NCBI GenBank assembly: GCA_965197925.1
Contig: CBDAOC010000018.1
Coordinates: 160,001-224,000, forward strand
Length of the DNA stretch: 64,000 nucleotides
DNA from: Nitrososphaerales archaeon
GTDB lineage: Archaea; Thermoproteota; Nitrososphaeria; Nitrososphaerales; UBA213
Direction: 5' to 3'
Shown here one piece after another: positions 33,585 through 43,696 of the stretch. Numbering within the stretch: position 1 is the stretch's first letter; every line of letters starts with the position of its first letter. The notes below the pieces were generated by a model. That model made no database searches and was not told the DNA's origin. It worked only from the letters and a program-made list of their open reading frames with translations. The position numbers were made by a program, and so were the translations under genes.

Positions 33585-33680
33585 GTTTGAATCGAACTCT
33601 TATAGGATTGAAATGATGTTAGCGTTATGGTCGTGGTAACTGATTGTGCGGTTTGAATCGAACTAATTGGAAATTGAAAC
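33585..33680 (+). CRISPR. CRISPR mini-array B: 2 divergent 30-bp repeats, one 36-bp spacer
   Basis: GTTTGAATCGAACTCTTATAGGATTGAAAT, spacer 33615-33650, GTTTGAATCGAACTAATTGGAAATTGAAAC. Confidence 0.8.
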
Positions 33681-34017
33681 TTGAATTCGATCTAATTCCG
33701 TTCTACAGAGACAACAAAACTAACTTTTTTGATATGATCTTTTAGATGGATACTAACACCGTAACCTTTCAGTAATTTGATATTGTAATGGTTCTTCTTT
33801 CCTTTGAGTAACATGATCTATCAGATTTCACTGATCAAAATCTTTACGGCAGAGTGTCATATTTTTAAGCGGAAAGTGGGACATACAATTTTTTTGATTG
33901 GTGTTGTAGTAAGGAATATGTTAGAGGGTTGTTCATTCCAACTTTTCATAACCTATCTATAACTTTGGAGTATTTGCATCTTATGATAGAACTCTAGAAC
34001 ATCGTAAAAAGAAACAT

Positions 34018-34124
34018 AGAACAGATAGAACACCTCAGAACAGAGAACAGGCCCTATACAGTATCTATACAGTATCTATACAGTATCTATACAGTAGGAT
34101 TATCTGTTCTGCGTTCTGTGTTCT
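34018..34124. repeat. Iteron-like structure: AGAACA x4, 11-bp tandem core x4, inverted (T/C)GTTCT x3
   Basis: CTATACAGTA(T) at 34054, 34065, 34076, 34087, flanked by opposed hexamer runs. Confidence 0.75.
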
Positions 34125-34257
34125 TTTCCTACTTGAGGATAAGGTGAAGGATTAGACGACTTGGATATTTGGCAATCTACAACTGCAGAGGATATCAGTG
34201 GGCAAAAATGACCTATTCGAATGTGTTGCATGTTGCGTGTTGCAGATTTTTTGCTTA

Positions 34258-34323
34258 GAATTTATTGATGAAGAATAAGAGTATCCCTCCACCTTACGCA
34301 TGGAAATCTGACGCTTGTCGTAA
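34258..34323 (+). mobile_element. Fourth terminus-like motif preceded by an aEF-2 3'-end-like sequence
   Basis: GAA TTT ATT GAT GAA GAA TAA runs into GAGTATCCCTCCACCTTACGC...CTGACGCTTGTCGTAA; last 16 nt match the reverse complement of 30672-30687. Confidence 0.6.
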
Positions 34324-34438
34324 AGCTTGTATGTATCATATTCGAAAAGTTTAGATCTATTCTACCTGTAGTCTAAGATCATGGACTCTACAAGATTCGA
34401 GTTACAAAACAGATAGTATATAGCAGCGTTATCCAATT

Positions 34439-34747
34439 TTGATGGGATTGGGCTCGATAAAGATACTCATAGATGCAATGCGTGACGGGATTGACCTAGA
34501 ATTAAATAAACTGGGTTATGAGGCTTATAGCGTCAGGAAGCTTGTTGAGAAGGGAGAGAAATTAAAGAGTGATTATTCTATTATAAAATATGCTGAACAA
34601 AATAAAATGATTTTGGTTACAGAAGATATTGATAACATAGAGGGTTGTATGGAGAACAACATAGAATGTGTACACTTTGAACAGATTCATTCTCTCAACT
34701 ATCTTCTGGAAGCGTTAGAAAAGATAACACAGATTGAATTAGCATAG
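34439..34747 (+). CDS. DUF5615 / PIN-like domain protein
   Basis: KILIDAM..., LGYEAYSV, SDYSIIKYA, ILVTED. Confidence 0.8.
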   Translation: MMGLGSIKILIDAMRDGIDLELNKLGYEAYSVRKLVEKGEKLKSDYSIIKYAEQNKMILVTEDIDNIEGCMENNIECVHFEQIHSLNYLLEALEKITQIELA

Positions 34748-34790
34748 AACCATCTAGATCATGGTTTAGCTTTAGTCTATCAGGTCTACA

Positions 34791-35015
34791 ATGACTCTAC
34801 GAGTTGTGTATAAATTAACAGAAGAAGAGCATGCAAGGTTGCTTGAATTTTGCAGTAGGGGAGGATGTACTCCATCTGCAATGGTAAAAGAAACTATTAT
34901 CATAAGGATTATACCCGAATCTCCGACGAGAGAGAGAAACCTTATGGACATGTTAAGAGAACTTTCGAACAAACACCAACTAGTGAAGAGCTGTAAGAGT
35001 AGTTTTCACTATTGA
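34791..35015 (+). CDS. RHH/CopG-like protein, paralog of the IR-encoded gene
   Basis: RVVYKLTEEEHARLLEFCSRGGCTPSA versus RMVSNKLTEDEHNRLVDICNKEGCTPSA. Confidence 0.6.
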   Translation: MTLRVVYKLTEEEHARLLEFCSRGGCTPSAMVKETIIIRIIPESPTRERNLMDMLRELSNKHQLVKSCKSSFHY

Positions 35016-35258
35016 ACTTAATAAGAGAAAAAGGATTCTAGGTCAAAATATAATTTTTTGTTGGAAGTGGTAAATCTTGAAGTGGTATTATTTGAACTGT
35101 CACCGCATCTATAGAGATAATATTCAGCTTTACTTAATATGTTGTATCTATAGATATATCTATAGATATAGGATAAGTTTAAACAAATCAAAGGATTTGA
35201 TTCCTAAGACATTATAGCAGTTTCATAAATTAATCTTACTAAACCATTTTTATATAAT

Positions 35259-36136
35259 GAAGTCATCCCAATACTCTCCAATACATCATAATCGACGAAA
35301 TGATAACAAATGCCAGATAGTTTTGTGCATTCTTCTCATATCTGATCCTGGTTCTGTGGAACCCATTCTTCAACCAGGCAAAGAATCTCTCCACAACATA
35401 GCGCGTCTTGCCGTATAGGTATTGTTCTGTATTATCATTTTGTTGTTGTGTCTTACTGTTTTTTCTGTAAGGTATGCAGTCAGAGATTTTTCTTTTGGTG
35501 AGGTATTTCCTGATGAATTCTGCATCATAGCCCTTGTCTGCTTGGCACCGCGCAATTTTTCTGATAGATCTCTCATCCAGATATTGTGAGATGCCATCCA
35601 TCACGTCTACAAATCTTGCAGAGTCATGCTGATTTGCAGGACATTACTACTGAGACTGGCAGTCCGTTTTGTTCCACCGCAACGTGTATTTTTGTGCCTG
35701 AAATCCTGTTGAATCCGTTGTATCCTATGACGCTTCCCCTTTTTTGGCCGGAACTGATGACGAATCGACCGTTTTTTGCAGCTGCATCTTGCCTGATCTG
35801 TGGGCTGATTTGACTGCAGCGGAGAGGATATTCTTCCATATTCCACGTCGCTGCCAGTTCTGCAGTCTGCGGTGCGCAGTTGATTTGGAGCCGTACCTTT
35901 GTGACATCCCAGTCCACCTGCATCCTGTTATCCCGACAAACAGGATTCCGTTGACTGTCTTTCTGTCGTCTGCCCTTGGCCTTCCGGTTCTGGCTGGCTT
36001 GGGGAGATGCGGTGATATCATCTTCCATTGTTCACCTGTTATCTCCTGAAATTTCATGATCTGCTACGGGCAGCATTGCAAATAGATCCAAATGATCGTC
36101 AATTATTCACTAAATGATCAGTTTTGGGATCAGCTG
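35259..36136 (-). mobile_element. IS5-family element type B, copy 2 (2-bp deletion breaks ORF B)
   Basis: Near-identical to 26269-27148; GGACATTAC versus GGACCCATCAC near 35640. Confidence 0.93.
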
Positions 36137-36580
36137 TACATCTTCATTGCCTACAGGAATGGTAAGGTATGTTGTAGGAGATGAAGGATATGATGATCAC
36201 AAGTTATGTGATTTCAGCAGGTATAGAGGGCATCCAGTATTCCCATTGGAAAGGTACAAGCATACTACAGATAATAATAGACTGGCATTGCTGCAGTTCT
36301 ATCAATCTGAATTTAGACAGCATGTATATTCTCGGAGGAGCATAAGTGTTGAGCCATTGATAGAGCATATGAAGGATGTATTTACCATAGATCCATTGCC
36401 AGTTAGAGGGTTCGATAAGGTAAGGAACATCGTTCTGATTTCTATATTGCTATACCAGCTGATGGTATACTACAACTACTTGACGGAAGACCATTAAGGG
36501 CATTGAAGCACATGTTGGGAAGTTAATCAATCAGAGGCATCAAGTTATTTTTGTTATATGGAATAATGCCCATGCCTCAA
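36137..36580 (+). mobile_element. 5'-truncated copy 2 of the 3501-4596 IS
   Basis: TSSLPTGMVRYVVGDEGYD onward matches copy 1; same right end ATGCCTCAA. Confidence 0.9.
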
Positions 36581-36803
36581 CTAATTCATCGTTCGTTGGA
36601 GACTTGATTATTATATCTAGAAGAACGTTTGAGGTAGGGCTTTCATTATATTCTACCCAACCCATTATGGTTACTGTTTCACCTTTTTCATAATCTACCT
36701 TTTTCATCTCTATGATTGGCTTCGATACGTGTGTAGCAAAAGCATCGGATGTAAAAACTGAGAATATTAAAAGAAGAATCAAGGTAGATATCACTTTCAT
36801 CAA
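36581..36803 (-). pseudogene. Secreted protein N-terminus, truncated by IS end
   Basis: Signal peptide then YEKGETVTIMG Ig-like start; frame runs into the IS terminus. Confidence 0.6.
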
Positions 36804-36950
36804 TGTCTAGTCACAATTATCCAATTTGAATTTTTATAATTTGAAACGTCAATCTAGAAAACAATTATTCTCTGCATTCCTAAAGCTAACATACCAATCA
36901 GTTATTAATAGTCATACACAATTGAAATACAAGTGTGGGGTATCTGATGT

Positions 36951-37142
36951 ATGCGCTTTAGTCTCTTTAGTAAGAAACAAAGGTGTAAGCTTTGTGGCAA
37001 TAGCTTTGGTACATTGGAAGAATTGATAGAACATTTAAGAAAGGAGCACAAGCGTAAAATGATAAAATGTAGCAAATGCAAGAGGGAGTTTCTTTACGAA
37101 TCAGAACGTTTTAAGCACATGAAAGAATTCCACAGGAAATGA
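36951..37142 (+). CDS. C2H2 zinc-finger protein
   Basis: CKLCGNSF.....L.EHL..EH and CSKC..EF......KHM..FH. Confidence 0.85.
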   Translation: MRFSLFSKKQRCKLCGNSFGTLEELIEHLRKEHKRKMIKCSKCKREFLYESERFKHMKEFHRK

Positions 37143-37187
37143 AGTGTTTGAGATAATTAATAATGGACAATAATTTAGTGATTCACT

Positions 37188-38411
37188 ATGACTTTATTGA
37201 TATGGTTAAACAAAGATGGAAAGCTCCTTCTTTTAGCCAATATAACGAGGATGTTAGCCTTCGGTTTCCTCAGCATAATACTTGCAATTTACCTTACAAG
37301 CGTAGGCTATGATGAGCTATATACGGGCATAATAATCACTGCAACGCTAGTAAGCGGTACTTTTTTTACACTCTTTGCAAGCTTATTCGCAGATAGGATA
37401 GGTCGCAAGAAGACATTAGTTCTTTTTTCTGGTTTGATGTCCATATCTGGAACAATCTTTGCTTTTACAACTGACTTTTACCTTCTAATGCTTGCAGCTC
37501 TAATAGGCTTCATCAATCCGACTGGTATTAATTTTGGTGCATTCATCTCCGTCGAACAAGCAATAATTCCACAAACAAGTTCAGATAGAAAAAGGAATTA
37601 TGCTTTTGCGTTGTTTAGCACAGTAGGAACGATTGCTGTGGCATCTGGGACATTGATAGCAAAGGTTCCCGAATTTTTGCGTGTGACATATGGTCTTGAT
37701 CTTGTGAATTCTTACCAACCCTTGTTTGTGTTTTACGCTTTGATTGGGTTAGTCACTATGGGCATCTATGCTGCTTTGTCAAAAAATGCTGAAGTCAGTA
37801 CCATAAAACCTGTCAAGAAAGTAATTCTTAGCGCTCAGTCAAAATCGGTAGTTAAGAAATTGTCGTTTTTATTCGGCATTGACTCCTTTGCTGGGGGATT
37901 CGTAATACAGAGTTGGGTGGCATACTGGTTCTTCATAAAATTCGCTGTTCCGGAGAATGAGATTGCCGACATATTCTTCATTACAGGTATCCTTACTGCT
38001 TTATCTTACATATTAGCCGTAAAAATGGCTAGCAAGATTGGCCTGGTAAAAACTATGGTATGTACACATATACCAGCAAACCTGCTCCTTATACCGCTTG
38101 CACTGGCACCATCATTACAAATAGCAATAGTGTTCTACATGGTTAGAATGTTCCTAGCAATGATGGACGTACCAACAAGACAATCATACGTTATTGCAAT
38201 AGTGAAACCTGAAGAAAGAATTAAGGTCGCTGGTCTGACTAACCTTTCACGCAACATTCCATTTTCTACAGGCCCTATACTAGTGGGTTATATGTTTCAG
38301 TTCGTATCATTAGCATTTCCTTTCATTCTTAGTGGTGCATTGAAAACAGTATACGACCTTTTACTCTATAGAAGTTTTAAAAAAATCAAACCGCCTGAAG
38401 AACAGGAGTGA
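37188..38411 (+). CDS. MFS transporter
   Basis: ADRIGRKK motif A, about 12 TM, MDVPTRQSY. Confidence 0.93.
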   Translation: MTLLIWLNKDGKLLLLANITRMLAFGFLSIILAIYLTSVGYDELYTGIIITATLVSGTFFTLFASLFADRIGRKKTLVLFSGLMSISGTIFAFTTDFYLLMLAALIGFINPTGINFGAFISVEQAIIPQTSSDRKRNYAFALFSTVGTIAVASGTLIAKVPEFLRVTYGLDLVNSYQPLFVFYALIGLVTMGIYAALSKNAEVSTIKPVKKVILSAQSKSVVKKLSFLFGIDSFAGGFVIQSWVAYWFFIKFAVPENEIADIFFITGILTALSYILAVKMASKIGLVKTMVCTHIPANLLLIPLALAPSLQIAIVFYMVRMFLAMMDVPTRQSYVIAIVKPEERIKVAGLTNLSRNIPFSTGPILVGYMFQFVSLAFPFILSGALKTVYDLLLYRSFKKIKPPEEQE

Positions 38412-38488
38412 TCTTATGTACAACATGAATTATCCATACTCAAAATGTATACTAATATTATATATTGTAATCTACAGTGTTCATCTTT

Positions 38489-39658
38489 ATGAAGAGAGTG
38501 TATGTTGCAATGTATGGAGTAGGTTTAGGCCATGCCAGCAGGATGTTATTGATTGCAAACAATTTGCAATCTGATGCAACTCTCAGGTTTTCATCATTTG
38601 GAGATGCTGTAAATTATACTAAGATGCAGGGATTTGAATGTTTTTCTATTCCAAGTGTTGATTTTGCCTGGGGTACAGATAGAGGTTTCTCCGTGAAAGA
38701 AAGTATAATTAAGCTACCTCAAAATCTTCTGCGCTTTACTGCACAATTAGGAATGGAGGGAAAATACATGGGAAGTTTCAAACCAGATGTGGTCGTTTCA
38801 GACACAAGGTTATCATCGTTGTTTATGGCAAAGGTGTTAGATCTTCCTTGCATTACAATCTTGAATCAGATCAAACTACTCTTATCTCCAAGATTGCGAG
38901 AGTTTAGGGTTGCCCGCCTGTTTGAAACTATGCTAGCGGAGTTGCTCGGTTCATTTTGGTCCAAGAGCGATTCCATATTGATACCCGATCTTCCCCCTCC
39001 CTACACTTTGTCTGAACAGAATCTATGGACCGTAGGAAGCACTACAAACAAACTGAAATACGTTGGTTTCCTGGCACCCAAACCTAAAATCAACGGAGAT
39101 TACGCTGATAAGGTAGCGAGGCTACTCCAACTAGATCGTAAGAAGAAAATTGTATTTGCACATATAAGTGGACCTTATGAAACTAAAGTGATGATACTGG
39201 AAAAAATTAAGGAAGCATTTCAAGAGATTAAAAACAATGAAATTGAATTTGTGGTATCTGAAGGAGAGCCAAATGGAGACACTACGCCAAGAAAGATCAA
39301 GAATGGGTGGTACTTCCAGTGGTGCCCTTTTAGAGACGAAATATTTGCAATGAGTAACCTGATAATTATGAGGGGAGGTCATTCCACGCTTGCACAGGCA
39401 ATTCAATATGGAAAACCCGTAATTACTATACCGATACACAAACATGGTGAACAATTAGGTAATGCCAAAAAGGTGCAGAAGATCGGCTTCGGCCTGATGT
39501 TGAACCAGAGGGGGTTGAAATCAGATGATATTTGTAGTGCAGTGGAACAAGTTTTAAATGATTCTCGTTTTGCTAATAATGCTGAGATGCTGATGGATGT
39601 TGCAAATAAATTAAATGGTATTGAAGAAATAGCGAATGTAGTGAGATCTTATTTTTAG
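38489..39658 (+). CDS. GT-B glycosyltransferase (GT28/MurG-like)
   Basis: GVGLGHASR, PDVVVSD, RGGHST, EQLGNA. Confidence 0.88.
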   Translation: MKRVYVAMYGVGLGHASRMLLIANNLQSDATLRFSSFGDAVNYTKMQGFECFSIPSVDFAWGTDRGFSVKESIIKLPQNLLRFTAQLGMEGKYMGSFKPDVVVSDTRLSSLFMAKVLDLPCITILNQIKLLLSPRLREFRVARLFETMLAELLGSFWSKSDSILIPDLPPPYTLSEQNLWTVGSTTNKLKYVGFLAPKPKINGDYADKVARLLQLDRKKKIVFAHISGPYETKVMILEKIKEAFQEIKNNEIEFVVSEGEPNGDTTPRKIKNGWYFQWCPFRDEIFAMSNLIIMRGGHSTLAQAIQYGKPVITIPIHKHGEQLGNAKKVQKIGFGLMLNQRGLKSDDICSAVEQVLNDSRFANNAEMLMDVANKLNGIEEIANVVRSYF

Positions 39659-39930
39659 ATAACAAATTGTATGATTTTATTGTGTCTAGGAATGTAGGGT
39701 AGATATTCTTTGCTTGCCCATAATGATTGATTCCACTTTATTCCAACAAAATAGCTAATGATGGAATAATATGGATAAATTGTAGAAAAACCCCCATTTG
39801 CCCAAATGTCCTTTTGGGCTGAGAAAGGAATTAGTAAAAAAACGATATACACCTGATAGATTTCTATCCATCTAGTTGTCCATATTTGAGAAGTATGAAT
39901 AATGTAAAAATAGAAGAACAATCGTATCAA
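39655..39930 (-). CDS. Small membrane protein (start uncertain)
   Basis: Hydrophobic, aromatic ORF convergent with the glycosyltransferase. Confidence 0.35.
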   Translation of the reverse strand: MIRLFFYFYIIHTSQIWTTRWIEIYQVYIVFLLIPFSAQKDIWANGGFSTIYPYYSIISYFVGIKWNQSLWASKEYLPYIPRHNKIIQFVI

Positions 39931-40021
39931 AAAGTTAGAAGATGTGTTGATCTGAATTAACCTTCCTTGTTCGTAGATTCAATGGTAACCTTATAACAGG
40001 ATACCCTAGAATGAAGCTTTA

Positions 40022-41308
40022 TTGACTAAGAATATCAACGAAGCACTTGCAATGCAGCATGGCATTTATATAGAATTGCGCGGGTGGGTAGTTACCAAGA
40101 ATATTGTTGGTGGCTTATTATTCTTCACTTTACGTGATGGTTCGGGGTATATTCAGGTGGTTGGTAAGAAGGGGGTTACTGATGAAAATTCTCTCACTAA
40201 GATGAAAGACGTGACTATTGAATCAGCAGTTAGATTGAAAGGACAATTGAGAGACGATAGAAGAGCTCCAGGAGGGAAGGAACTCACAATGCAAGAAATG
40301 GAAATAATTGCAAAGGCAGACAAGTGGCCGATAACCAAAAGTGCAGTGAAATCCTCTTCCTTCTTGTATGATAACAGACACCTATCCATACGAGGTAGGA
40401 AAAGTAGTTCAATAATGAAAATAAGGTCGGAATTTATTAGAGCTGTATTCAATTTTTTCGTTGAACATGATTTTGTCTATATAAATGCACCATCAATAGT
40501 ACAATCTGCTGTGGAAGGCGGATCAACGCTATTTGATATTAATTATTTCGGCAAGAAGGCGGCGTTGACGCAAAGTGGACAACTGTATGAAGAGGCAGCC
40601 ATCTGCGCCTTTGGCAAGGTTTTCATCATGCAGCCGGCATTTAGAGCTGAGAAATCTAGGACAACCAAACATCTTACAGAATTTGTAATGATAGAAGCAG
40701 AAGTAGCTTTTAATGAACAACTTGATAATATGAAGCTGCAGGAGGATCTTGTGAATTATGCTTGCACAAGGATAGTAGAAAAGAGAAATAAGGAATTGGA
40801 AATTTTGGGAAGAAAATTTAAAATTCCTGAAAAACCTTTTCCTCATATAACGTATGACGAAGTTAGAGAAATGGTACTAAAAAATGGTATTAACTTTCAA
40901 TACGGTGAAGATATACCAACAGAGGCTGAACGGTTTGTTTCTAAAACATTTGACAGCCCATTCTTCATAACCGATTATCCATTGAGTGCAAGGAGTTTTT
41001 ATCATATGACAAAACCTGACAATGATGCCATAACATTATCGGCTGATCTTATTGCACCAGAAGGATTTGGGGAGATAGCTACCGGGGGCCAAAGAATACA
41101 TGTTTACGATCTCTTGGTTGAGAGGTTAAGGCAGCATGAATTACCGACAGAATCATTCCAATGGTATGTTGATCTACGGAAGTATGGAATGCCTCCACAT
41201 GCTGGTTTTGGCATTGGTGTAGAAAGAGTGGTAAGATGGATATGTAATCTTAAACATGTTAGATCTACTTCTCTATTTCCAAGAACTATAACAAGATTCT
41301 ATCCCTGA
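40022..41308 (+). CDS. asnS: Asparagine--tRNA ligase
   Basis: OB-fold RGWV..LRDGSG; LTQSGQLYEE and FRAEKSRT.KHLTEF (AsnRS-type, not AspRS QSPQLYKQ); PPHAGFGIGVER. Confidence 0.85.
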   Translation: MTKNINEALAMQHGIYIELRGWVVTKNIVGGLLFFTLRDGSGYIQVVGKKGVTDENSLTKMKDVTIESAVRLKGQLRDDRRAPGGKELTMQEMEIIAKADKWPITKSAVKSSSFLYDNRHLSIRGRKSSSIMKIRSEFIRAVFNFFVEHDFVYINAPSIVQSAVEGGSTLFDINYFGKKAALTQSGQLYEEAAICAFGKVFIMQPAFRAEKSRTTKHLTEFVMIEAEVAFNEQLDNMKLQEDLVNYACTRIVEKRNKELEILGRKFKIPEKPFPHITYDEVREMVLKNGINFQYGEDIPTEAERFVSKTFDSPFFITDYPLSARSFYHMTKPDNDAITLSADLIAPEGFGEIATGGQRIHVYDLLVERLRQHELPTESFQWYVDLRKYGMPPHAGFGIGVERVVRWICNLKHVRSTSLFPRTITRFYP

Positions 41309-41768
41309 CCTTTTTTTATTCTATGACCGCACTTACTCAAGTGTCGATACTGCTTTTACATATTTCGATTAATAATTTTTCATCGACATCCAGTACCCTC
41401 CTCAGTGTCTTAATTTATCAAATATGTTAGTTCTAAAATAATTGTAATGTATGGAATTTTAGATCTTTCTATCTTTCTGATCCTTATTGATCATGAGGCA
41501 CTTTATAGATTGTAAATACTGAAATATCAAATAAAAAGTGACCAATTTCATGGAGTTTTATATGATGATAATAAAAATTGTGAGGCATAAATTCATTTAT
41601 CCAGCTATCCAGGTGTTCTTTAACCCTTCTATTTTAGATAGCTGCCGCGAATGGATCGGCGCTCCATATCATCATCTTTCTAGCTTTGTTCTAATACATA
41701 CTAAGCTCGCTGTTATAGTCATCTCATTTGCTGAGGGAAAACTACATGCAATTTGAAACACATGTCTA

Positions 41769-41912
41769 CTACCCTTGGGTTAAGCGTAGTTCTTTCCTCA
41801 GAGCTTCATTAATAATTTCTGCCATAGTTACCCCTCTGACAACAGCCTCTACTTTCGCTCTATCTAATAATTCTTCATCAATTCTAATCGATACTGCAAC
41901 GATTTTGCCCAT
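41769..41912 (-). CDS. CopG/RHH DNA-binding protein, 47 aa (below ORF-track cutoff)
   Basis: MGKIVAVSIRIDEELLDRAKVEAVVRGVTMAEIINEALRKELRLTQG. Confidence 0.75.
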   Translation of the reverse strand: MGKIVAVSIRIDEELLDRAKVEAVVRGVTMAEIINEALRKELRLTQG

Positions 41913-42488
41913 ATCTATATTTATGCAGCATCACTCATATGTTTTTCGCCTGCGCAATTGAGAACGAAAATAAAGTGAAAATCATATTAGAATTGCACAG
42001 TATAATGATTTCATGAACGGTTACCATCTAATCAGACCTTTGCTCTTTTTCTTACCTAAACTTACAAAAACATTTTCTTATTTCAGACATTATCTTTCAT
42101 TTTTGTTCCTCCTTGTACTTGAAGAAACACTTTTCATATTCACTATTTCTTTGATAAATTCTACTTATCTCAGCATGCTCATATTCTAGCAAGTGTTATG
42201 AGCAAATATGCAGAGTGTCCATGGAATAATAAAGGTACCATTACAAAACAAAAAACAGATGAGCTTGATCTCAATCTTAACTAAATAATAAAATTATTAA
42301 GAGATCTATTTGAGGAGAATGCGGAAATTATCGAGTGAAATCCACCTCGATCTTGATTGTGAATGTTATCTAAAGTTCTTCAATGCATATTCTGATTATG
42401 GACTACAAATAGAACCGTTTTATAGATACCATGAATCGAAGTACGATGAAGCAAACGATTTTATTCTATTTTCATAAGAAAATGGGAA

Positions 42489-43175
42489 GTGAGGCTCTTT
42501 TATTATGTTCTCCTAATTCTTTTAATATCTTCGGTATTTCCTGAAGCTTTAGGAACAGTTGAGAGAATTGAAGAGGGATTAGTAATACCCTATAATGCCT
42601 TTAACTCTCAGGGAACTGGTGTTGAATACTTTGAATCTGAGCATAAAAGGGATTGGCTCTTAACTATAAAGAACAATTTGATTTACAATTCTGATAATCC
42701 AGAGTCAACAATCGTATTGCGCTTAAAAGAAAATGAAAGAAGTGATGAACATATAGAACTTACAATGGATGGTAAGAATAAAATCACTATCGCTGTGAGC
42801 ATTAAAGAAACTAGTGATCTTCGGTTAAACAATGCTGAGAATTCTTGGTTTTCAGACAAGCCCTTGATATTATTTTATTCAAAGGCTCAGGATGGAAAAA
42901 TCAGCATTAGCAATGGTGAAAGTACTATAGTTGACGGGCTTAAAGTTGGAGAATTTGTACCTCGAGTCATTGAATTTTACGGATTGGGTCATTCTCAGGA
43001 TTTGCCCGTGGTATTAGAAGGGAAAATCAGATTGGAGATTATATCTGGCGATCCTGTGGCCAATTTTCCATTCATGTTGATATTGATCATCGTTGGGTTT
43101 GCTGCTGCACTTGGATTAAGCCTACGTAAGCTCAAAAGTAATAAAGAATGGTATTCAAAAACTAGTGATCAATAA
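42489..43175 (+). CDS. Secreted, C-terminally anchored hypothetical protein
   Basis: Signal peptide, beta-rich body, C-terminal TM and basic tail. Confidence 0.7.
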   Translation: MRLFYYVLLILLISSVFPEALGTVERIEEGLVIPYNAFNSQGTGVEYFESEHKRDWLLTIKNNLIYNSDNPESTIVLRLKENERSDEHIELTMDGKNKITIAVSIKETSDLRLNNAENSWFSDKPLILFYSKAQDGKISISNGESTIVDGLKVGEFVPRVIEFYGLGHSQDLPVVLEGKIRLEIISGDPVANFPFMLILIIVGFAAALGLSLRKLKSNKEWYSKTSDQ

Positions 43176-43238
43176 TTCAACAATAAATTTATTTACCAAT
43201 CGGGAAACCTATTTGAATAAAAAAGATTGAGTTGTTGT

Positions 43239-43406
43239 TCAGCTTAGCACGTAATTAGCATGGGGTTTCGCGAGATAATGTGATGGATTCGTCTCAAAGC
43301 TGACCTGACATCCAGCCACATCAAAGTAATACTTTTTACCTTGGTGTTCAGTTACCCACTCAGAATTCTCATCTACTTCCCCTCCACATACTATATCTCT
43401 TGCCAT
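43239..43406 (-). CDS. YHS-domain protein, 55 aa (below ORF-track cutoff)
   Basis: MARDIVCGGEVDENSEWVTEHQGKKYYFDVAGCQVSFETNPSHYL... Confidence 0.8.
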   Translation of the reverse strand: MARDIVCGGEVDENSEWVTEHQGKKYYFDVAGCQVSFETNPSHYLAKPHANYVLS

Positions 43407-43696
43407 TATCGTTCGGTTTTATGTCCAATCGCTTGCTTATAAGATTTTCCAACTTGCCTATATCCATAGTAGAATTCTTTAGATCTTCCTCTATGATCTA
43501 ATAATTTCATTCATTATTTTAGCTATGAAATAAAGTGTTGTTAATATTATGAGTACGAATTAATCAAGTGGATCAAAATGATGGCAATTTGATCACCGGT
43601 TGATCATCTCTAATTGTATGGTTGCTCGTTAGACTAAATATTCGAGGAAAATTTTATAAGATAGTGGAAGAGATAAAGGGAAAAGAGGAGCAGAAA

